This document shows positions 1 through 13,697 of a stretch of 64,000 nt of DNA, piece by piece. Location of the stretch: positions 1,550,001 through 1,614,000 of the forward strand of contig JADEYG010000002.1 in assembly GCA_016906335.1 (NCBI GenBank), written 5' to 3'. Below the pieces are notes generated by a model. The model saw only the letters and a list, made by a program, of their open reading frames with translations, did no database searches and had not been told where the DNA came from. The DNA is from Novakomyces olei. Taxonomy: Eukaryota. The position numbers were made by a program, and so were the translations under genes. Positions within the stretch are counted from its first letter, which is position 1; each line of letters begins with the position of its first letter.

Positions 1-51
1 TTTTACTCGTATGCTGACTCTGCTTTCCCGAGCTTTTGCTAACCTGTAAAG

Positions 52-818
52 GACGACTCGAAACTTGGCCCGCCAAAAGTGGCCGCTAGCCTGCCTCTTA
101 CACCCAAATCCCCGGTCAATATGCGCAATGAATACATAAATCTGAAAAAGAGGCACAGGCGGACTGACTGTGAAAAGCTGGATACTGCCAGGAAGGTGAG
201 TCGCTTGTGCTTTTGTGTTGAATGTTTAATGCTACATTTGCCGATGACAAGTCGATACATGCAGATTGCACACGTGCTATTGGCTTTTGCTTTTTATTTC
301 ATTTTAAATTCTAAAAATTTAGATTTCTAAATTTAAAAAAATTCCTTTTTTTTGCGCACACAGCGCGCTGATATTTGATATTTTATTAATTTATCATATT
401 GTAAAAGTCATATTCTAACCTTCAGCGTGTTGCAACATTGAAATTAAGGCTGAGCCTGGCAATGTACAAAGTCAATGTGAACCAGGCTCACTGCTCACTG
501 TCGGAACTGCCGATACCAAAAGCTAAAATTCTCGAAAACCATACTGGAGATGGACACGTGAAGGTGACTAACGTTCAAAAGGAACCGGAGCCTTTGCCGA
601 GCAAAAGGCCAATCACGTTCGCTACGCCTCTACGTCCGGCTGCTGGCAGTTTACGGACTAGACATGGTGAAACTTTTGCATCTGCTGCCCGGCAACCAAG
701 GAACGAACTGACTGCTCAGCCTACAAGCAGTCCTCTTGGGTCGAGTACAGCTACTAAAAATACCCCACGCAGCTCAGCTGCCGCACACAGTTTGCTGCAA
801 CTCGGAGGCCTCGATTAG
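52..818 (+). CDS. Nrm1/Whi5-like G1/S transcriptional repressor, 5'-partial; intron 196-425
   Basis: Spliced product reads ...DTARK/RVATLKLRLSLAMYKVNVNQ...SLSEL, resembling the Whi5/Nrm1 GTB motif. Many SP/TP sites; C-terminal AAHSLLQL. GTGAGT donor at 196, CTAAC..CAG acceptor at 425. Confidence 0.7.
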
Positions 819-1567
819 ACTTTTCTCGTTATCAAATAGTCTTGCCCGAATCGAGTACTATACCTTTCTTACACATTGTTTATATGTGCCCTACTTTTAG
901 TGTCTTTTTGCGCTTTTCACAGGGGCTAGTATCATGTTATTTTCATTGGCTTCTTTACAATATGCAATTGCTCGGCACTTACGTTGCCTTTTGGCTTGCC
1001 TGTCATCTATTTAATTTCACTGCGTCTGTGACTTTACCCACGATATTTTACCTATGAGCAGCTACATTTGAATCGTCCCGCACAAGGTTCAATGCAATTC
1101 ATACCCTGCATTTTCATGCTTAACTTTAATCGCGTACAGTGGAGGGGTTTATCAAGAATGGCTCTTTTGCAAACAAGCTACACAATTTAAGCTCCATCGT
1201 CTCAGTTCATTTATTTTTATCTTGCTCTTTAGCATGCATACTTGAGCAGCATCGGCGAGTCAATCCATTTACGAACCAAAGCTCGAAATCCTCGAAATAC
1301 AGCATTGCATTTGGCATTACTGATTCTACTTAAAAACACAAAGCAAAAGGCACACTCAACATAGATTCGATCAAAAAACCTATATCATTTTTATAGCAAA
1401 TCAAACGCTCAACATAACAAAGTGATGAATAATATTATTGACGTAAAATTGAAACGACGCCACCTCTTTCCGTAAGCAGACACGAACAAACCTAACCTTC
1501 CCAAAACTTGAAAAACAATAACAAAATTGAATTGATGAACGTTGATAAAAGTCCCCAATAAACGTAT

Positions 1568-2916
1568 CTAAACCTTCATATCACTGGACGGTAAAGCCCA
1601 TGAGCGAGAAGTGCTATGCAGCTCCTCATCGAGCCAAGCCCGATCAGAGTCAGGAGCTTGCAGGGCATATGGAGCACGCGCAAGTGTTTTGTGCATATCC
1701 TTATTATCATAACGGGTTGGGCGCCGACCTTTGTTATGGTCCATAAAACGAACAGGTCCGATGCCAATATCTTGAGAATTGGCCCCTGAACGGCGCTGTG
1801 AGCTTTCCAAGGTACTTGCCCGGCGCCGACGATTATCTACGTCACTATCTTGTGCAGCAAACAAAAGCTTCATATCAGAAGGCTTGTTGAGCCAGCCGTC
1901 TCCACCCATGAATATATCATCCACCAAATCGACAGGATCCATTTCACCAAACAAACGCGAAAACTTGCAAGTGAGCCGTTGCCCGGAGAATTCGGAGCAC
2001 GCGTTTTGTTGAGACCCAGAATGGTCTTTTGCATCTGGCACTGCGTAAGAATTTGATTGAAACAGTGAACCAAGCTTCCACTAGCGATATGGAGAAAAGA
2101 AAAGCAGAAACAGGCGCAGATAAGAGTCCATTTGAACAGAGGCAGCTTTTGGCACTACAAGTCCATATTCACAAAACATTACCATGAAACAAATGTACGG
2201 CAGGAATTAAATAGGTATGCGGATAAGAAATACGCTGCATTAGCAAGGCGCGGATTGAAGCGGTTAGACTGGGAACAAGTCCCTTCTAACGAGCAAGAGA
2301 GATTAAAGCAAAAAAGTCAAAAGACAATTAAACATACCTTGATCGCGGTGCGGCATTTCTTTCCCATCATGCAGCAGTCCCTTGATACCGGAGAAGACGG
2401 TATCCTTTTCCAGCGGCGGGCTATTTAATGTTAGAAAACTCGAGAAAGTAGACGCAAATCTTACGCAGTATAGTTCATATCACCCGATATTTGTCGCAGA
2501 GAAATAGAGATGCGCAGTGTCGCGTTCACTTTGCTGTTTTGGAGCAAATGACGTCGTGTATCACGCTCGACTTGAGTATAGCGCGAAAGATTAACCCTAA
2601 CTTGTCCAAGTACAAGCCGATCACGGCCTCCATGAAGTTCCTGCATAACCTCAAACTCTGCAATTGTGTCTGTAAGACGTTGCTGCTTGTCAATCGTCAT
2701 TCGAAGATCACAATAATGGTCATATTTCCAACGGGTCGCATGCTCCCGGATCGGAGCCGGCTCAGTGCGTCCTCGAGCGTTTCCTCTCGTACAATTTACA
2801 ACATGCCATTTAACTACTACCTGACCTGAAACAAGCGGGATATTAACAAGATCATGGATGCGTAAATGCAGCCTGAACTTTGGCCTTCGCGATTTGGGGA
2901 CGAATGGGTTCGACAT
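1568..2916 (-). CDS. NT-type C2 domain protein (EEIG1/EHBP1 N-terminal family), 3 exons
   Basis: N-terminus MSNPFVPKSRRPKFRLHLRIHDLVNIPLVSG..VKW, LGQVRVNLSRY, RRHLLQNSKVNATLRISI; C-terminal DPVDLVDDIF.GGDGW. Confidence 0.85.
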
Positions 2917-3117
2917 ATAGGGTGATCGTTAATGACGAACGTGCATCCTTTAATTTATTAATAATATTATATGAGGTGAAATAATACCTGAATAAAATGA
3001 ATAATCAATAAATTAATAAATTCATTAATCAATAAATAAATTACTCGTCCATAAGAGTTGTCGATACTAGCAAATAGACAGATAATTAAGATTATTTATA
3101 AAAATTACGTTTATTGC

Positions 3118-3580
3118 ATGGAGCCCACTCGCTTCGAGGTATACCGCTCGACACGGATAAGGCACTAACTTGTTAGGCAGAGCTCGACTTTGTACAGTCG
3201 CTGGCAAATCCGCAGTATTTGAATTGTAACTCCTTTTTTTTATGGAAATGTTGCTAAAGAAAAAAGTCTTGGCACAAAATGGTTACCTCGACGACGAGCG
3301 CTTTCTCAATTATCTCGAATACCTCGAATATTGGCGCACGCCAGAGTATATTCGCTTTATAATGTGAGTAGTCGCAGCAATTACGTTTGCCAGTTTCTCT
3401 CGGACTAACGCCACAAGTTATCCTGCTTGCCTTGCTTATTTGAAACTGTTGAAGACTCCACAATTTCGGCGCGACATTGCTCGTGCGGATATCGCGAAGC
3501 TTCTCAACGACGAACTGTTCTTTCAATGGTGCCAAAACTTACAGCCGTCTGAATCAAAAACGCCAAATCCAGAGGCATAA
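3118..3580 (+). CDS. MED31: Mediator subunit Med31/Soh1, multi-exon
   Basis: Joined exons give [67 protein letters not shown]. Not present in the ORF track because of short introns. Confidence 0.93.
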
Positions 3581-3985
3581 GCGAGCCGCGAGCCTGATTT
3601 TGGGATTACCGTCTTTATTTCCTTATGATATCCGGACAAAGGTTCTTTGCAAATGTATTTGTCTATAAAAAATATTCTTGGTGGCTTTTTACTGCAGTAT
3701 GATTGACTTTATTATCACAAATTTGCTGTGCTTTTCAATTACAATGGGTTATTTTTATGCGTGAATGAGATAGTTTGTGTCACGTTTGATTAATTGTCAG
3801 AACAACAATCTAAACAAAATATTTGTCAACGATACTAAAACAAATACCAATAAACAACATCAAAAAACAATTCATCCTATCCAAGAAAAGGTATATAGCA
3901 GCATGTATCTCAGGGCCAGTATAGTTTGAGTGAAGGCAGCTTCAAAATCAGTCTGACTCCAAAGTCAGCATTATAAGACTTTATT

Positions 3986-5089
3986 TCACCGCCAAGGCCG
4001 ACGTGTTGTTGACTGAACCTTTTGCCGTCCACCTGGACATCAGCATGCTATAATCAAAAGAGGCGTATCTACAAATTGTAATAGAATAAAGAGCAGCCAA
4101 CAGCAGGGACAAATAATGGGCATACATCAATGAGAATGATAAAGCGTAATGATAAAGCGTAACCCATAAATAAAAGCAGACAAACAGATTGAAAATCCTA
4201 CCTCGAACGGCCGCCTGGCGTCTTTGCCTCTGCATTTGCAAATGCAACCGATTCTGCTCACTCTGTGTACGAGAATCCTGATCCACTGACTCTGCTGCTG
4301 CAGGTTTGATGCCTTCCGCACTCTCCGTGCTCAAGCCAGCGGCAGGTTTACTGAGCTTTTCAGTCCGGACACGCTTGACTGGCCGTCTGCTGCTTTCATC
4401 AGAAGAATTGACACGTTTGACAGCGCTGCCTGCAGCTTCATTTGTTGTACGCGTCGTCGACGATGAGGGCAAAATTCGTCGCGGTGTGGCAGCAGCTGTT
4501 GCTGTTGTGGCGGCAGCTAAAGCGGCTGATTTATTCGCCGATTTAGACGTTCCAAACGGAAGCGATAACGTTGGATTCGTGTCTGAAATGTCCCTTTTAG
4601 CAGCGTAATGATTTGCAATTGATTCCATACTGGAAGAAGCGTTAGTAATTATTGAAAATTAGAATAAGACTAAACAAAACTTCAACAGAGAACCAAAACA
4701 AAAAGCAAATATCAATTTGTTTACAATAGAGCAAAGATTGAACGTATAGAAAAAGGACAAAATTAAGAGGAATAAACGGCAACCAACTTTTGAAACGCGG
4801 AATTGTGACGCGATTGAAACCGTGCGTCCGACCGTTTCGGTGATCGTGGAGAAAGAACTTTTCGATCACGCATAAAAGAAGAAGTAGCACATAATTCAAG
4901 GTCCAGGTTCTTGTCGCTTCCAGGCTTTTGTAAGGAAGAAACTTCGCGACCCAGCCGCGTGGTAAGCTCGCTGAACACTTTCTTGGCCGCCGTACTGAAG
5001 GAAAAGTCCTGCTCTCGCTTGATTACTCGAGGCGTCGTTGGCTGGCCGACGGGTAAAGGCGAAAGAGGCTGCCGCGATGCGTCAGCCAT
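3986..5089 (-). CDS. Low-complexity basic protein with a NuSAP-like motif, 3 exons
   Basis: ORF 4763-5089 is joined via a GTTGGT..CTAAC..CAG intron to ORF 3981-4628. A second intron (GTAGGA..GCTGATGTCCAG) gives the C-terminus VRGGRQKVQSTTRRPWR*. Confidence 0.6.
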
Positions 5090-5514
5090 ACCGCAAACGC
5101 AGTTGAATTTTGAGATAAAATGGGCTTTTCAGTTTATTTGATCACAATAACTAGCACCAGACCTTTGCCATTATTTATTTATTTATTTATTTATAAGGTG
5201 GCCAACATGTGTAGTAACTAATATAAGGGTTTGTGGTGATGTTTGGTAAGCAACTTTGTACAGTATTATTATTATGAAAATGCAAAAAGTCATGGTTATC
5301 TAAAGTATTGTCGACTAGATGAGCCAAAATCGAGCTAATCATAGACATACGAATAAAACGGACTAAATTTAGATATTGGATCGCGTAGGTGACCGTGCCA
5401 CGAAATTAAATTGCATTTAAACCACAAAAGACCCAAATAATTTATACCTTTGTCCATTTGAAATTGGAAGCGACCTTTATCCAATTAATTCTTATAATCC
5501 CTCGTAATGGTTGG

Positions 5515-8513
5515 CTAATCATCTCCAAGAAATGCAGAGGCATCGTCCTCCGTAACCTTCAAAGACACATCATTTGCTTCTTTAGCAGTAATTAAACCCA
5601 GAGCCGGGTTTTCTTGAATATTATCCCAAAGCTCCATATGATCGCCCCCAAGTTTACCCGCTAAGAGATCCCCTTTAAATTCAAACATGAAGGAATTGTA
5701 TTGAGCGGCTTCTTCCTCGTCAATGCAGCAACTCCGCAGCTCTTGAAGGCATTGCAGTATCTGCCGGAATGCCGCATCACGGTGCGACCTTCGAGTTATT
5801 CTAGATATGGTTCCCTTCATCAAGTCGATTCCTAACTGTAGACTTGACGGATCCCCAATGAGCCGACGGAAATCACCGATTGGGTTCTCATCACCAATAA
5901 AGCCTTGCTTGTTATCGGCAATAGATGGAGTATTGGCATCCGTGTTTGCCGATTTACTAGAGCTTTTCTCTTTATCGCCCTTCTTTTCCTTTTTAAGGAG
6001 TGCATCAAGGTCGAGGCCTTCTTTTGCTTCTGCTCGGATATGTAGTTCGTCCTCTTGCCGTTTTCTTTTAGCAGCAGTATACTCGGCGGCTGTTGCGAGT
6101 CAGAATTACAAAGGCAATGCGTGAGAGTAAAAAAAAATTTATATGTATTATGTTGCCAGAAAATAAAACTCGATATTACACCATCGGCTAAAATAAAAAA
6201 GATGAAATCAAACATAGAAAAAAAAAAGACAATCAATACCCGGTTTCAAGTCAGCGAATTCTTGCAGACGGCTCAACGCACGTTTCGAACGCAATTCCAG
6301 CTGCTCCGGCGGAGTTGAAAATCTAAACAAGACAGGCGGAGGTTGAGGCAGTGGTCCTTCGTTGAGACTACGATACCGAATAGCTTGATAAACACGATGT
6401 ATTAAAGGCGTTACAATATGTTCTGGCGCAAATTGATCCATTTCGTCACTGCAAAATTAGTAAAAACAAAGTTAAAAAGAAAAACCACTAAATAGAGTAT
6501 TACAAATATCTTACGTGTAGCTGATACTGTCCATGTCCATTGCCTTGACCCACTCATTCATAGTCTCACATAGCTCTTTACGTGGAATGTTTCTATGCTC
6601 TGTCAAAACCTTACCAGAAATGGTCTTGATTCTGTCCAAGGGAGGGAAGCTATATTTTCGCACATCCTCAGCAAAAGGCACTTCAACTTCCAAGAGCAGT
6701 TCTACGTCATGATCGATCTCTGGAGCCAACATGACGAGACTCGGGTTGCTCCCTGAACGTGCAACTATTCTCCCCAATGCATAACACTCCTGCTCAAACA
6801 ATGCGTGGACTATCGACGAAAGCTGTATTTGTGCCGCAATACTAGAAGAATCGGCCACGATCGTGCTGACTTCTGATAACTGCATCCATCTGGCACACTA
6901 GACATTAGAACTCTGTTTCAGAATGCTTTTTGTGTATTTTGTTATAAATTATTCTGTTTTTTCTTTTCAATATAATTTTCTATTTCTCAAAAAGTTCATT
7001 TTTCATTTTTCATTTTTATTTTTACGTACGTCACTGGCGTTAACAAATCCAATAATTTCTAGCCGCGGAGGATTATTTATATGCAATAATTCCTCCTCAT
7101 ACTTGTTGACCGGTACGATAGTGCGACCATAGGAATAGCCCTTTTCTAAATCTTCTCGTTTCACTTCTATCGGTTCCTCCTCGGCATCATTGCGACTCAC
7201 GGTTTTATATGAGCGAGCCGTGATCACAGTCCCCGTAGGCTCTGAAAACAAGCTGCTATTAGCCTCTCTAGACCCGTCAGTTCCTTGAAGGGATGGACCG
7301 CTATTAGCTGCCGCCATATCTGCAACAGCACTGTATCTTGTTGCTGGAGTAGGTTTTGCCAATTTGGTGCGAGCATATCGACTCACAGGTATCCTAATTG
7401 TCTCTGATCCGTCCAAGTCAGGGTGCCCTAACACGAGATCCCCTCGGAAAGTTGGAACAGGCCTAGTTTCTTTTGGTCTTGGCAGCGCCAGGGAGCTTAT
7501 AACTTCTTCCATGGTCGCGTAGACACCCGAGCAACGATCGCAAATATCGTGCATTGTACTCTCAAATTGAGATTTTTTATCCGACTTTTTGTCCTCTGTG
7601 AACCCATAATTTTCGTCATCAAAATCGATTCCTCTGCAAGATTAGACACGAAAAGCACAGGAAAGCAAATCTGAAAGTTATTAATTTTTAAAAAATAAAT
7701 AAAATAAAAAATAAATAATGATACATTTGATAAAACATGAAACAAAACACGACAAACGAGTCAAATTTGAATGTGTTTCTATATCAAAACCAATTTCTTC
7801 ACTTAATATATGAAATCAGAATTAAAAAATTAAACGCGATTTAGGGCCTCTAATAATATTCGAGACACACTTACAGGACCGATAGCCGTATATTTTGCAT
7901 ATTTATCTGCTCCACAATGATATCTACATCTTCCAGGTCTGTAGGCCCTTCGCCACTCGCAATCAGAATAAGATTCTTTCTGTATTTGAGGTGTCGGCAG
8001 TAACGATTTATTAAATCAATGCCGATTAACAATGCCGATATGGCTTACAAACGTCAGTGATGAAAGAAGCAACGAATATTTCAATCACGAATTTCAAAAC
8101 GTACCGTCTCCGTTTTTCTCATCGTCAGCGACAAGCGCCGCCTTTAGCGCACGCAAATCTTTTAGCAGCACTTGCTGGATGGGAAGAACGACACTAATGT
8201 TTTGGTACGATTCGTTGTCCGACATGGCATTGCTCGTTTCTGCTCGCATATTAGGCACATTAATTAAGAGCTGAGAAGCGTACCCCGACTGTGGTACAGG
8301 ACTACGCCGACAACATCAGTTTTACGGCCAGACAGAACCTGATTGGATGCATTAGTAAAGCGCCCGACAAAGTGTACCACCCACCTTTGACGTAATTTTG
8401 TCCCATACATAGGGCAGCGCATAATCCAGATTTGAAACGTCACGGCCGTGCGCATGCACACCCATTTCCGGGCCGACATCGACGACAAAGACGGTGGCCT
8501 CTTTGTCCGCCAT
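5515..8513 (-). CDS. KU80: Ku80 (ATP-dependent DNA helicase II subunit 2), multi-exon
   Basis: MADKEATVFVVDVG vWA start, GRKTDVVGVV, KGYSYGRTIVP, VPFAEDVRKYSFPPL, and a C-terminal Ku_PK_bind-like region (LGLITAKE..VTEDDASAFL). Confidence 0.95.
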
Positions 8514-8803
8514 CGTCACATTGTTGGAATTGATTAGATTAGTTTATGTTTACCATAATATTACAGTTTGTATTGTGCAGCGCGTTTCTTTAGATATTAT
8601 ATTGTTAAAATATAACATTGTTAAAATATATATTAGTGTTAAAATATATTATTGTAAAATATATTATTATTAAAATATATTATTATAAATTATATTAAAA
8701 TATATGTCATATTCTATACTATTTTGCTCAAAAATTTAATTCATTATTTGTAAAACAAATTTAATATACTGTACGCGATGCAAGAAAAGTAGGAGGAATC
8801 TGA

Positions 8804-9499
8804 ATGAGTCGTGGACGATGGTCAGGCGCTGGTCGCGGACGCTTTTCAGGAGACAGCGGTGCTTATTCCCGTACGAATGATCCATCAACCTTATCGGCAA
8901 CGAAACCTTCCGCTGCCGATTTGCAATTACCCTCCAAGCCATCTACGCGCGAAGCATTGCAGGTCAAATTTCTTCGAGAAATCCAAAAAGCAATTGCGAG
9001 CGATACGCCTTTCTATATAACTGAAAAGGCACGCGGTAGCGATACGGGAGCCGAGGACGATGGAATTGAACGGTACTCTGATCGCTATCGTCCATCACAG
9101 CGCAAAGCTGGAGTATCAATGCTCGATCTGAAAGACGACATTGCCCTGTTCCCGGAAGAGCTTCGTACAGTTCTCGTAAGCGGTTCGGTAAGGCCACGCA
9201 AGGCGAGAAAGCGGGTAGATGTAGCGAAATTTTTGGATATAACCCTCAGTGAATCTGCCCTCTCCACTACCACCTCAGGTGGTGGTGGTGCAAGAGCCGA
9301 TGGCGCTGATGAAAAAACCGTAAATGGAGCAGAAACGGTTGCAGGCGAGGATGACGATGAGGGTGCAAATGAAGACGATTATTATGAAGACGAGGACGAT
9401 TTTGGAGACGATGAAAACAATGACTATGGCGAAAATTACTTTGATAATGGGGATGACGATGACGTGGACGATGGTGGTGGCGACGAAGGCTACTTTTAA
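8804..9499 (+). CDS. RPC31: RNA polymerase III subunit Rpc31/RPC7
   Basis: GRG-rich N-terminus, DGIERYSDRY, LFPEEL, acidic tail with DYGENYFDNG. Confidence 0.92.
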   Translation: MSRGRWSGAGRGRFSGDSGAYSRTNDPSTLSATKPSAADLQLPSKPSTREALQVKFLREIQKAIASDTPFYITEKARGSDTGAEDDGIERYSDRYRPSQRKAGVSMLDLKDDIALFPEELRTVLVSGSVRPRKARKRVDVAKFLDITLSESALSTTTSGGGGARADGADEKTVNGAETVAGEDDDEGANEDDYYEDEDDFGDDENNDYGENYFDNGDDDDVDDGGGDEGYF

Positions 9500-10034
9500 G
9501 GTATTAGACCTCAAATCTAGAGTATGTGGGATGTTTATAATAGAGAAATGCTGTTGTGAACAGTGGCTTCCGTGGGTGCAAGGTTTTTCTCCGTGGTTTG
9601 CATGAAAAACGCCTGCCAAGTATGGGCCAATTCCCGTTGTGTATGATACTTTTGTAAAGATGCCTGGGAAAGGTCTTGCAATATTCTGCCCACGCTCGCT
9701 GTGCAGTAACCTGTCATTCTGTCAAACCAGGGCAATACGAAGCTGCATGCACGACTAATCAGAGTTATGGTCAGTGAGCGTCTGCTTTAATGCGTGCATT
9801 CGCAAGCCTCAACTATATTAGTATTTATTGAAGTGACAATAATGCTGCAAACATCGTATCTAAAAGCATATACCTTTGCTTACTGCTTACTTTTACCGCT
9901 ATGCACACTAAAGGTATTATAGTCTGGATTTTAATCCTAACCCGACAGAAAAAAAATAAATAAAATAAACGCATTGGACACAAACACGGGCATTGTACTC
10001 GTTACATTCAAAATAATTGGTGCTTTGCCAGTGA

Positions 10035-11850
10035 TCAAGTCTTGTAGAGACAATCCAAAAATCCAGCTGCCAAACTGGAAACAATAGACTTGTCCGGGAG
10101 CGCACCAGCACCGTACAACGCGGTCATTTGTCCGCCAGCTGCCTTTGCTCCCGAGGCCTTTATAATACTGACGGCCGAGTGCAAGTCGGTCATGAACGAG
10201 TCAACAGCTTCTACAGTAGGACGAGTGCAAGCAATGTGTAGCGCTGGCGGCTCTTGCAAACCATTCAAATGCCATCCACGCTTAGACATTTCATCTCCAA
10301 CCATATAGATGTTCAACTCTGAGGACGTAAAGCTCACTACCGATACTAATGGGTCGCCAATGACAGTAATCTCCGGCAATTCGGCACGAATCCTCCGTTT
10401 TATCTCTTGAGCAGCTCCGACAATTTGGCGGCAAGATTCCTTGTAGCCGTCCATCCCCATACGCATAAGTGCAACCCAGCAGCCGGCGATAAGAGCACCA
10501 GGACGGGATCCAGCCAGTGTAGGAGAGGCATACACGCCTCCTGGCCAGTCAGGGCTCACGTAATACTGATAAGCGCGTAAATCTGTGCTGCGGTACATTA
10601 TGACGCTTGATCCCTTTGGAGCGAATCCGTATTTGTGAGTGTCACAGGAGATGGAAGTTACTCCCTCTTGTGTAAAATCAAAGGGAACAAAGGGAAAACC
10701 GTTAGCGTTTAGAAAGGGAACTAGAAAGGAGCCGAGGCAGGCGTCAACGTGCAGTGGGATTTTGTATTTGCACGCTAATCGCGAAAGAGCCGGAATATCG
10801 TCGATAATTCCGTGAGGGAAATTGGGAGCAGAGCCAGCAATCATTATTGTATTGAAGTTTATATGCCTCTTGACCTGGGCCAAATTGACCTGTGCAGTCT
10901 TAGGGTCAATGTCGGCGTACCTTATCTTTATCTTGAAATAATGAGCAGCCTTGTCGAACGCGGCATGGATAGTCCGGGGAACAATCATCTCTGGCTCTGT
11001 TACTCCACGAAGTGCTCGTGCCATATCGCGATAAGTCTTGCAGGCCAATAAAATTGACTCGGTACCACCGGAAGTTGTCGTGCCTCCAGCTTCCGGTGGA
11101 GCGTTATACAAGCGCAGTACCATGGAAACAACTTCTGCCTCCATTTTACGCACTCCAGGGAACACATCCGGGTGCAGCGGATTAGATATGGAGAATCGTG
11201 CATAGCTTTCGGATAAAAGGTCATTAAACTCTTTGCCTCCATGATAAATAGCACCGGAGACCTTTCCGTGCTCCCAGTCCGCCCGGTTCATCTCTGATAG
11301 CCTAAACAAATTAGAATACACGCCCAAACAAAATAAATATTGTAAAGAAAGAAAGAAAGAAAGAAAGAAAGAACGAAATAAAAAGATATTGCCTGATTAA
11401 AAGAAAAAGGCTTACTTTTCCAATTCAGACCGGATCGCGTCCGGTGTGAACCCGTGCTCTGGAACAGATTCAAAGTAGACAATTCCATCGTGAGGAACCA
11501 TCTTGTTCTCCAGACCGTCAAGTGCCTCTTTGACTTCGTTTTGTACCCGCCGACGAGACGAAGGCAGTTTCAGCAAGAGACCAAAAGCAATCCGCTTGAC
11601 GTTGCGTGACAAAATCTTCAAACGTCAGATCAATGGGCTATAGCGAGGTAGTACCTTGAACGATCCGACGATGCCGTAGCCCTTTACGTAGAGGGTTGCG
11701 GACACGAGGTAGTGCAGCGTCACGTATCCAAAGACTACATTTCGCGCTCTTTAACAGTGAGTCAAATCCTATTAAAATCACATACAAATCAAGTGCGTTC
11801 CGTGGAACCAACGGCGCTATTGCCGAGTGCAAGTCCCTCGGCATGGCCAT
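10035..11850 (-). CDS. DPL1: Sphingosine-1-phosphate lyase (PLP-dependent), multi-exon
   Basis: [62 protein letters not shown]. Confidence 0.96.
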
Positions 11851-11943
11851 ATTGCCGGTCAAGTAAGGATGTGTAATTTAGCGATAATACGTAAATCTAA
11901 ATGTAGCCGCCGTAATATTGTAAATTGGAATTATATAGTAAGA

Positions 11944-12058
11944 ATTATAAATTATAAAATTATAAAATTATAAAATTATAAAATTATAAAATTATAAAAT
12001 TATAAAATTATAAAATTATAAAATTATAAAATTATAAAATTATAAAATTATAAAATTA
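11944..12058. repeat. (ATTATAAA)n tandem repeat, about 14 copies
   Basis: Directly visible in the divergent promoter between the S1P lyase and dynactin p62 genes. Confidence 0.95.
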
Positions 12059-12088
12059 TTCTACTGTTGTCATGCAGCACTCTAGCTC

Positions 12089-13470
12089 ATGACGGTCAGA
12101 GTGTTTTGCGATTGCCGGGCCCAGAACGAGCGTGGAGATGCGAGTGCAGGCGCCACTATAGACCCGAGTCTGGCGTTTATTTCTGACCGACTGCATGATC
12201 CGGCAGACTTGTATTTCTGCAGCAGTACGAGCTGCAACGCTATTCGCTGCTGGCGCTGCTGCACAGACAGTATAGTATGCTACTACTGCCCGGGATGCTT
12301 GCACCAAGTGCCGCTGGCTACTGCCCTACAAAAAGGGTTCTGGTAATTTCGTATTTAATTCTGCTTTTAATCTAAATCGGGAAAGGTGCCCTCGAGCGTG
12401 CACTCGGTGCCCTGTGTGCCTCGCTAAACTCGACTTGATCGCGGAAGGAGACACGGCTTACTCGCTCGCCTGCCCACAGTGCTACTATACCACAATGGGC
12501 CAACTGCAGTTTGAAAGCGCAGCAGGAATAATGTGTATACGTGCTTGAATCGGCCATCTGGCTAATGCATTTAGCTCAAATAATGGACAAGGTGTACCCG
12601 CTACAAGCATGGGAACAAGTCTATCGGCTGCTGGAGGTGGAAAGAACCGCTTTCCCAGAGCAAAGGCCCTTGACTGATATCGAGCAGCTGGTCCATTCGC
12701 TCAAGGAGCGCGTGTCGCTTGAACGCGTGGAGCGTAAACCAGAGAAAAGGCAAGTGGATGTCTTGCGCGAGGATATCGAGGCCGATTTGGCTCGGGCCAC
12801 AGATTGTGCAAAGCTACAAGAAATTGACTTGTCCGCCGGGCAGTGGACGAGTCCTTTACCCATGCGGCTCTGCACAAAAAGGACCCAAAGGTGTAAGGTA
12901 TGCGAGAGGGTTCTAGTGCGCCCAGAGCCAAAGCCTTCCTCTAGCAAATTTGCCGTCTGCTCGACTGCTATCAGCGCTATTCCCAGCATAGAGCTCCGAA
13001 AGCTGGACGCGAATGAAACTGCCTCTCTTGATACAGTGCATAGTCTCGGAACAAGTGCCGTTTACGAGCTGCGTGTGACAAATGCGTTGGATAGAAACAT
13101 TAAAGTCTCCCTGCTAGCACCCGCAAAAATCAGCTCCTCCGATCACAGAGACATTGGGTGCACTATAGTGTATCCGGACTTGACGATCAATGGCTCCACT
13201 AGACCGCAATCTGGCAGCCGCGACGGGCAGCTATGCTTCCGACGCGGCTCCGACTGGACTTCATCCATTGTGCTGCTAAACGGCACGAGCAAGGGGAGCG
13301 TGAGTATTCCGATTCTTTTGAGGTGCACTATCCAAACGGTAAAATCTGAAACTGAAACTGAAACTGAAACTGAAACTGAAACTGAAACTGAAACTGAATT
13401 GGAGGCGCGGGCGCTCGCTGAGGATCAGACCAAGATTTCGTTCTGGCTCTGTGCTACCACAGACTTTTAG
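12089..13470 (+). CDS. Dynactin p62 (DCTN4/Ro-2) subunit, 3 exons
   Basis: Cys-rich N-terminus LYFC..CNAIRCWRC..IVCYYCPGCL, second exon CPRACTRCPVC..LACPQCYYTT, then PLPMRLCTKRTQRCKVCERVLVRPEPKP. Confidence 0.9.
13346..13398 (+). repeat. (GAAACT)n coding microsatellite encoding ETETET
   Basis: Directly visible; in frame within dynactin p62. Confidence 0.95.
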
Positions 13471-13697
13471 ACTACACTCTACAATAGAATACGACTGCAT
13501 GGCATTGATCTGGCCTTCCATGTCCCGGCAATCAAATCCATTTGACTACGATTTAAACTGCCACTTTTAAAGGACTGACACAAGGCTATTCCCATTCTAT
13601 TCCAGCCCATTCTATTCCAGCGCAAATTACGCATCACTAGTGCGCTCGCCTGTGCATGGTTCGAGGGCAACAACGCGTCATATATCCAACGATATAG

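Noticed and set aside
2400-2409. GTATCCTTT resembling a U12-type 5' splice site
   Set aside because: It is on the strand opposite the NT-C2 gene and within an exon; the introns I traced were ordinary U2-type GT-AG.
4035-4201. Apparent transmembrane segments in the 215-aa ORF
   Set aside because: Bounded by GTAGGA and GCTGATGTCCAG; most likely an intron that happens to lack stop codons.
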